Positions 58,467 to 64,000 of a DNA stretch of 64,000 bases are shown in pieces. The notes beneath the pieces were generated by a model. The model was not told the origin of the DNA, ran no database searches, and worked only from the letters and a program-made list of their open reading frames with translations. The position numbers and the translations under genes were made by a program. Source of the stretch: Alphaproteobacteria bacterium UBA6411 (lineage in GTDB: Bacteria; Pseudomonadota; Alphaproteobacteria; CAAGCB01; CAG-977); the NCBI GenBank assembly GCA_002438565.1, contig DJPN01000021.1, positions 61,684 through 125,683 on the forward strand. Direction: 5' to 3'. How positions within the stretch are numbered: position 1 is the stretch's first letter; every line of letters starts with the position of its first letter.

Positions 58467-59210
58467 TCAGCCCGAAAATCGCCCCAGTAGCAAAAATTCG
58501 GTGTTGCCTTCGGCACCTTTTATCGGACTTTCGACAATGCCCGCAACCGTCCAGCCCGCGCGCGAAGAAAGCCAGTCCCGCATATCGTCGCAAACCTGTT
58601 TGTGCAAAGCGGGATCGCGGACGATTCCGCCTTCGCCCACTTGGTATTTTTCGACCTCGAACTGCGGTTTTATCAGCGCAATCAAATACGCGCCGTTCGG
58701 ATCGGCGAAGCTCAACGGCACGTCCAAAACGGTGCGCAATCCGATAAAGCTCGCGTCGCAGACAATCATCCCGACGGGTTCGTGGATTTGTTCCTTGGTC
58801 AAGTATTTCGCGTTGGTGCGTTCCAAAACGACGACGCGCGAATCGACCCGCAGCTTTTGCGCCAGCTGCCCGTAACCGACATCGACGGCGTAGACTTTCT
58901 TTGCGCCGTTGTACAGCAAAACGTCCGTAAAGCCGCCCGTTGAACACCCGACGTCCAAACAAACCAATCCCGCCGGGTCGAAACCCGATTCGCTCAATCC
59001 CTTAACCAGCTTGAAGCCCCCGCGCGACACCCACGGAATCGCCTTGCTTTTCAGCCGCAGCTGCGTTTCGGGCTTCAGCATTTCGCCCGCCTTTTCAATG
59101 CGGCGTTCGGCGGCGCAAACCTGCCCCTCCATAATTAAAGCAGCGGCTTTGGCTTGATTTTCAGCCAATCCTTGGGCAACCAGCAGCACATCGGCGCGCT
59201 GTTTTTTCAT
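58467..59210 (-). CDS. tlyA: TlyA-family rRNA 2'-O-methyltransferase (hemolysin A-like)
   Basis: S4 domain ([31 protein letters not shown]) plus FtsJ-like MTase ([16 protein letters not shown]). Confidence 0.8.
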   Translation of the reverse strand: MKKQRADVLLVAQGLAENQAKAAALIMEGQVCAAERRIEKAGEMLKPETQLRLKSKAIPWVSRGGFKLVKGLSESGFDPAGLVCLDVGCSTGGFTDVLLYNGAKKVYAVDVGYGQLAQKLRVDSRVVVLERTNAKYLTKEQIHEPVGMIVCDASFIGLRTVLDVPLSFADPNGAYLIALIKPQFEVEKYQVGEGGIVRDPALHKQVCDDMRDWLSSRAGWTVAGIVESPIKGAEGNTEFLLLGRFSG

Positions 59211-61117
59211 CGCACCATTTCCAACACGCGGTCGGCAATCGAACGCGCGTCCAATCCCGCCTGTTCGTATTGCCTGTCCATGCTCGCCTGTTCGATAAAG
59301 CGGTCGGGAATCGTCAAAAAACGCACTTTCGTTTTTTCCAACAGCCCGTTGTTCGCCAGCCACGTCATCACCAAAGAACCGAATCCGCCCTCGACGCCCT
59401 CTTCAACCACGGCCAGGCCTTGATGCCCCTCCGCCAGTTCGCGCAGCAGCTTTTCGTCAAACGGCTTGGCAAAACGCGCGTCGGCAACGGTTGCGGAAAC
59501 GCCCTCCAGCGCCAGCATATCCGCCGCGGCAAGGCACGCTTCCAACCGCGTCCCAAGGCTTAAAATCGCGACGCGGTTGCCCTCGCGCACGATACGTCCT
59601 TTGCCGATTTCCAACGGCTGCGGGTCGTCAAGCAGTTCGAACAGACTGCCCGACCCGCGCGGATAGCGCACGGCGGACGGACGGTCGTTGATCTGTCCCA
59701 TGGTTATCAGCATCCGTTGCAGTTCGGCTTGGTCGCTGGGCGCCATGACAACCATATTCGGCACGGGGCACAGCATCGCCAAATCGAAAATGCCGTGATG
59801 CGTCGCGCCGTCTTCGCCGACAAAGCCCGCGCGGTCTATCGCGAAACGGACGGGCAGGTTTTGCAAAGCGACGTCGTGCAGCACTTGGTCGTACGCGCGC
59901 TGCAAAAAGCTGGAATACAAAGCGACGAAAGGCTTAACGCCCTCGCACGCCAATCCCGCCGCGAACGTTACCGCGTGCTGTTCGGCAATGCCCACATCGA
60001 AAAACCGTTCGGGGTAATGTTCCGCAAAAGCGTCCAGTCCCGTCCCCGACGGCATCGCCGCCGTAATCGCCGCTATGCTTTTATCCTGTTCCGCCATTTT
60101 CAACAAAGTTTGCGAAAACGCTTCGGTATACGTCGGCTTGTTGTTCTTTTTCGGCGCGAATTCCCCCGTTTCAATGTCAAAGCACGACACGCCGTGATAC
60201 TTGGACGGCGCTTTTTCGGCGGGTGCATAGCCGTGTCCCTTTTTGGTCACAACGTGAACCAGAATCGGGTAATCTTCGGGCGCGTCGCGGATGTTGGTCA
60301 AAATCGGAATCAACTGGTCAAAGCTGTGTCCGTCAATCGGTCCGATATAGTACAGCCCCATTTCCTCGAACAGCGTGCCGCCCGTTACAAAACCTTTGGC
60401 GTGGTGTTCGACTTTCAGCGCCGCGCGCTTGACAAACTGAGGCAGACGGTCGGAAATGTCCAAAGCGACCTGACGCAGAGTCATATACTGCTTGGACGAC
60501 AGGATTTGCGACAAATGGTGGCTGAGCGCGCCGACGGGACGCGCAATCGACATGTCGTTGTCGTTTAAAATGACAATCATGCGGCGGTTGGTGTCGCCCG
60601 CGTTGTTCAGTGCTTCAAAGACCATGCCCGCGCTCATCGAGCCGTCGCCGATGACGCTGATGACGTTGTTTTTTCGCCCCTGCAAATCGCGTCCCGCCGC
60701 CATGCCGACCGCCGCCGAAACGGACGTCGAGCTGTGTCCCGCGCCGAACGGGTCGTACACGCTTTCGGAACGTTTGGTAAAGCCGGACAAGCCGCCCTCA
60801 CGCCGCAAACCGTCAAAGCGGTCTTTGCGTCCCGTCAGCAGCTTGTGGGCGTAGCATTGATGCCCGACGTCCCAAATCAGTTTGTCGTCGGGGGTATTGA
60901 AAACATAATGAAGCGCAATCGCCAGTTCGACAACACCCAAGCTCGCGCCCAGATGTCCGCCGTTTTTGGAAACAACGCGGATGATTTCATCGCGGATTTC
61001 CTGCGCCAGTTCGGGCAGCCGTTCCGTCGGTAAAGCGCGCAAATCGACAGGGGACGCGATTTTATCCAAAAGCGACGTTTCGGATTGACCCCCGTCCGCC
61101 TTTTTTTTGAAACTCAT
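59207..61117 (-). CDS. dxs: 1-deoxy-D-xylulose-5-phosphate synthase
   Basis: MSFKKK... start parallels E. coli Dxs; TPP motif [18 protein letters not shown], transketolase C-domain. Confidence 0.95.
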   Translation of the reverse strand: MSFKKKADGGQSETSLLDKIASPVDLRALPTERLPELAQEIRDEIIRVVSKNGGHLGASLGVVELAIALHYVFNTPDDKLIWDVGHQCYAHKLLTGRKDRFDGLRREGGLSGFTKRSESVYDPFGAGHSSTSVSAAVGMAAGRDLQGRKNNVISVIGDGSMSAGMVFEALNNAGDTNRRMIVILNDNDMSIARPVGALSHHLSQILSSKQYMTLRQVALDISDRLPQFVKRAALKVEHHAKGFVTGGTLFEEMGLYYIGPIDGHSFDQLIPILTNIRDAPEDYPILVHVVTKKGHGYAPAEKAPSKYHGVSCFDIETGEFAPKKNNKPTYTEAFSQTLLKMAEQDKSIAAITAAMPSGTGLDAFAEHYPERFFDVGIAEQHAVTFAAGLACEGVKPFVALYSSFLQRAYDQVLHDVALQNLPVRFAIDRAGFVGEDGATHHGIFDLAMLCPVPNMVVMAPSDQAELQRMLITMGQINDRPSAVRYPRGSGSLFELLDDPQPLEIGKGRIVREGNRVAILSLGTRLEACLAAADMLALEGVSATVADARFAKPFDEKLLRELAEGHQGLAVVEEGVEGGFGSLVMTWLANNGLLEKTKVRFLTIPDRFIEQASMDRQYEQAGLDARSIADRVLEMVR

Positions 61118-62004
61118 GCCTTGCGTTCCACGATAAAGCGCGCCAAATCGCGCAAACAATCGGCTTTTTCGTCAAAACATTCCAAAGACGCAATCGCTTG
61201 ATACGACAGGGCGTTCGCCTGTTCTTTCGCCTGTTCCAATCCCAGCAGGGAAATAAAGGTCGCCTTGTGCGCGTCCAAATCCTTGCGCACCGCCTTGCCC
61301 ATGGATTCGGCGTCGCCTTCGACGTCCAGAATGTCATCCGCAATTTGGAAAGCCAGCCCGATATCGCGCGCATACGCTTTCAGCACCTGCCGCTGTTCAT
61401 AGCCCGCTTTGCCCATAATCGCGCCCGCTTCGCACGCGTAAGCGAACAAACGTCCCGTTTTCATCTGCTGCAAACGGATGATTTCGGGCAAATCCATATC
61501 GTCCATGTGTTCCGCCAGAATGTCCAGCATCTGACCGCCGATCATGCCGCTCATCCCCGCGGCTTTGGACAATTCCGCAACCAGCTGGCAGCGAACGGCG
61601 GGCTCAAACAGGCAATCGTCGCTGGCAATCACGCCGAACGCGCGGGTCAGCAAAGCGTCGCCCGCCAAAATCGCGGTCGCTTCGTCGAATTTTTTGTGGC
61701 AGGTCGGCTGTCCGCGGCGCATGTCGTCGTTGTCCATCGCGGGCAAATCGTCGTGAATCAAAGAATAGCAATGCACCATTTCCAGCGCCACCGCAACGCG
61801 CAAAGCTTTCGCCCGTTCAACGCCGAACAGCCCCGCGCTCTGCATCACCAAAAACGGACGCAACGCCTTTCCGCCCGCCAGAACGGAATAGCGCATGGCC
61901 TCGACGACGCGTTTTTCGGGCGTCGACGGCACGGGCAGCAGGCGGTCGATTTCGGCGCGGACTTCGGCGGCGGTTTCTTTGATTTCGGCTAATAAATTCG
62001 GCAT
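61114..62004 (-). CDS. ispA: Farnesyl diphosphate synthase (polyprenyl synthetase)
   Basis: FARM motif [17 protein letters not shown] and SARM motif FQIADDILD. Confidence 0.9.
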   Translation of the reverse strand: MPNLLAEIKETAAEVRAEIDRLLPVPSTPEKRVVEAMRYSVLAGGKALRPFLVMQSAGLFGVERAKALRVAVALEMVHCYSLIHDDLPAMDNDDMRRGQPTCHKKFDEATAILAGDALLTRAFGVIASDDCLFEPAVRCQLVAELSKAAGMSGMIGGQMLDILAEHMDDMDLPEIIRLQQMKTGRLFAYACEAGAIMGKAGYEQRQVLKAYARDIGLAFQIADDILDVEGDAESMGKAVRKDLDAHKATFISLLGLEQAKEQANALSYQAIASLECFDEKADCLRDLARFIVERKA

Positions 62005-62008
62005 AGTT

Positions 62009-62254
62009 TTACTCCATAGGCAGAGGGGAAATTCCGGTTGCCTCCCCGTTCGGGGAAGCGGTGATTTTGTCGATTTTCAAACGCGCGTCCGCCAGTTTTT
62101 TTTCGCAGTGCTTGCGCAGCATCGTGCCCTGTTCGTAACAAGCAATGGCATCATCCAGCTTGACCTTGCCCGTTTCCATGCGGCGCACGATTTCCTCCAA
62201 AGCGGCCAAAGCCTCTTCAAAGCTCATCTGTTCAACGGTCGCGTTATCAATCAT
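62009..62254 (-). CDS. xseB: Exodeoxyribonuclease VII small subunit
   Basis: 81-aa protein SFEEALAALEEIVRRMETGKVKLDDAIACYEQG; classic xseB-ispA-dxs operon. Confidence 0.85.
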   Translation of the reverse strand: MIDNATVEQMSFEEALAALEEIVRRMETGKVKLDDAIACYEQGTMLRKHCEKKLADARLKIDKITASPNGEATGISPLPME

Positions 62255-62314
62255 CGATTATAATCCTTTTGCTTGATTGTAATCCCACCCAAGGGGGGTA
62301 GGTCAAAGACTTTT

Positions 62315-63283
62315 TTAAACAATATCCTTTTTTTGCGACAAAGCGAAAACTTCGGGCGGTTTGATGCCCTTTTTCCACAACTTGCGCTCACGATACAGTT
62401 TTATCCACATATCCTTTGAATCCGGCCAGCGTTTATGCACCCACAGCCATTGTTCGGGTTTCAGCCGTATCCAGTTTTCGACGATTTTGTTCGCTTTGGT
62501 CATATAGGCTTCAACATCTTTTTCCATGTCGCCCGTTCTTTCAATCGTCAGCAGCGGCTCGGGAGTCAAACGGAAATGCGCGCCTTTCAGCCGTTCGCAC
62601 CGCATCGGCAAAGCGGGATAATCGTATTTCAGAACCAGCTTTGCCAAAGACGGCGTCGTTTTGACGGGAAAGCCGAAGAAATCCACCCAAATTCCTTCGT
62701 TCATCTTTTGGTCGATAAGCAGCGCGAAATGCCCGCCTTTGCGCATTTCGGACACGATTTGGCGGAAACCGCTTGTGCCTTTTTGCACCAAATCGCCCTT
62801 GATTTTCAGACGGAAATAGCGAAAAGCCCATTCGACGTAAGGGTTGTTCGCCCCGCGGTAAACGCGGTGCAAAGGCATATTCAGCTTGCATCCCAAAACG
62901 GACGCGATTTCCCAGTTGCCGATATGGGCGGAAAACAAAATGCCCGCCTTTCCGTCATCGCGCATTTGAACGCTTTTTTCATAATCGACAAATTCGATTC
63001 TGTCGTCGTAATGCGAACACAAACGGCGCAAATGCGGATATTCGGCAAACGTTCTGACCAGATTGTCCCACATCCCCACGACTATCGCGTCGATTTCGGC
63101 AACCGTTTTTTCGGGAAACGCTTTCATCAGGTTATAGCGCGCAACCCACGACACTTTCAGCTTCGGGCCGATTTTGCGCCCCAGAAAACCGCCGACGCCC
63201 GACGCCCAATCCAGCGGCATCAGCCGGAACACAACGCAGAAAAACACCATTCCGACAAATTCGATCGGATAGCGAACAGTCAT
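62315..63283 (-). CDS. lpxL: Lipid A biosynthesis lauroyl/myristoyl acyltransferase (LpxL/HtrB family)
   Basis: N-terminal TM, HxxxxD-type acyltransferase region (SAHIGNWEIA), C-terminal EQWLWVHKRWP motif. Confidence 0.8.
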   Translation of the reverse strand: MTVRYPIEFVGMVFFCVVFRLMPLDWASGVGGFLGRKIGPKLKVSWVARYNLMKAFPEKTVAEIDAIVVGMWDNLVRTFAEYPHLRRLCSHYDDRIEFVDYEKSVQMRDDGKAGILFSAHIGNWEIASVLGCKLNMPLHRVYRGANNPYVEWAFRYFRLKIKGDLVQKGTSGFRQIVSEMRKGGHFALLIDQKMNEGIWVDFFGFPVKTTPSLAKLVLKYDYPALPMRCERLKGAHFRLTPEPLLTIERTGDMEKDVEAYMTKANKIVENWIRLKPEQWLWVHKRWPDSKDMWIKLYRERKLWKKGIKPPEVFALSQKKDIV

Positions 63284-63314
63284 ATTGAACAAATGTTTTA
63301 GCCGCCGCACCAAA

Positions 63315-64000
63315 TCAATCTTTCCTGTTCAAAAAACGGGACAACAATCCGCACAGCACGTCCGGCGTATCCCAAACGGTGTACGCTTCCACAATGCGGA
63401 TTTCCGGCAAAAAGCGTTTGGGAACGCGCACGGCGTCTTTGGCCGTCGTCACCAAAACGGCGTTTTGTTCGCGCGCCATATCCGCCAGCTTTATCAAATC
63501 GTCGTCCGTATACGGATAATGATCCGAAAACGCCTGCGTTCCGACAACATCGCATCCGTAGTCTTTAAGCATGTCAAAAAACTTGGCAGGCAATCCTATT
63601 CCCGCAAAAGCGAACAGTTTTTTGCCCAACAGCGGCTGAATGATTTTTTGATCCTGCTCGATATGCACGGCGGCAAACGGCAAAGCGGGAAAATCCGCGG
63701 CTATTTTTTCCTTGACGCCCGCCAAATCCTTGCCGACGACAATAAAAGCATTCGCGCGCGCCAATCCGTCCGCCAACGGTTCGCGCAGCGGCCCCGCAGG
63801 AAACACTTTGCCGTTGCCGCAGCCGTACCGCCCGTCAAACACGGCGAACGACAAATCCTTTTCCAGCTTCGGATTTTGGAATCCGTCATCCATAATAATG
63901 ACTTCCGCGCCGATTTTTTCAGCAAAAGCAGCGCCTTTCGCACGATCGGCATTAACAACCGTCGGAGCGACGCGCGCCAAAATCATCGCTTCATCGCCGA
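63315..64000 (-). CDS. lpxK: Tetraacyldisaccharide 4'-kinase (C-terminal part; the gene continues past the right edge)
   Basis: ...VIIMDDGFQN..., ...GNGKVFPAGPLREP... LpxK core motifs; the open frame continues to the window end. Confidence 0.75.
   Translation of the reverse strand, partial: GDEAMILARVAPTVVNADRAKGAAFAEKIGAEVIIMDDGFQNPKLEKDLSFAVFDGRYGCGNGKVFPAGPLREPLADGLARANAFIVVGKDLAGVKEKIAADFPALPFAAVHIEQDQKIIQPLLGKKLFAFAGIGLPAKFFDMLKDYGCDVVGTQAFSDHYPYTDDDLIKLADMAREQNAVLVTTAKDAVRVPKRFLPEIRIVEAYTVWDTPDVLCGLLSRFLNRKD

Noticed and set aside
1-64000. CRISPR arrays and Neisseria DUS / Pasteurellaceae USS uptake sequences
   Set aside because: No short direct repeats with regular spacers were seen; no GCCGTCTGAA or AAGTGCGGT motifs were found; the RpoD sequence indicates an alphaproteobacterium.

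Overview
The window appears to be a chromosomal segment of an alphaproteobacterium: the RpoD encoded at 41485-43584 is alphaproteobacterial-type in its region 1.2 and C-terminal domains, clpS-clpA and dxs-ispA-xseB are syntenic, and tandem MCE genes sit next to a DUF2155-like gene. I saw no Neisseria or Pasteurellaceae uptake sequences and no CRISPR array. By eye it breaks into five parts. (1) 1-18.7 kb is a composite, horizontally acquired island abutting tRNA-Gln. It carries a full tyrosine integrase next to the tRNA 3' end and two further recombinase remnants. It also has an Abi_2 abortive-infection gene, a HipA remnant, an AT-rich HNH endonuclease, a DUF3768 gene, an HUH-like/RecQ helicase fusion, a DUF2779 Cas4-like nuclease, and a minus-strand array of paralogous hypothetical genes that includes a frameshifted duplicate. 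(2) 18.8-24.6 kb holds two tRNA-Arg genes, each followed by a homologous ~110-nt structured element, together with a HAD hydrolase, an APH-like kinase and a NalP-like subtilisin autotransporter. (3) 24.5-29.8 kb is the ADP-heptose (hldE-gmhA-gmhB) operon plus two paralogous GT9 heptosyltransferase genes, preceded by A12 and C12 homopolymeric tracts. (4) 29.8-36.1 kb is an AT-rich islet bounded by terminators. It carries a lone T7-type tail-fibre gene with a small coupled gene, and a three-gene P-loop NTPase / 210-aa unknown / large divergent adenosine deaminase cassette. I read that cassette as a non-canonical RADAR-like anti-phage system; it is the most interesting candidate in the window. 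(5) 36.1-64 kb is core housekeeping: PfkB kinase, clpA/clpS, a DD-carboxypeptidase, yajQ, rpoD, dnaG, greA, MCE proteins, eptA-dgkA, a LysR regulator, a solo LuxR HTH, a 1981-aa autotransporter with 75-bp tandem repeats, tlyA, dxs, ispA, xseB, lpxL and a partial lpxK. It also holds a curious stand-alone NrdD-type glycyl-radical mini-gene.
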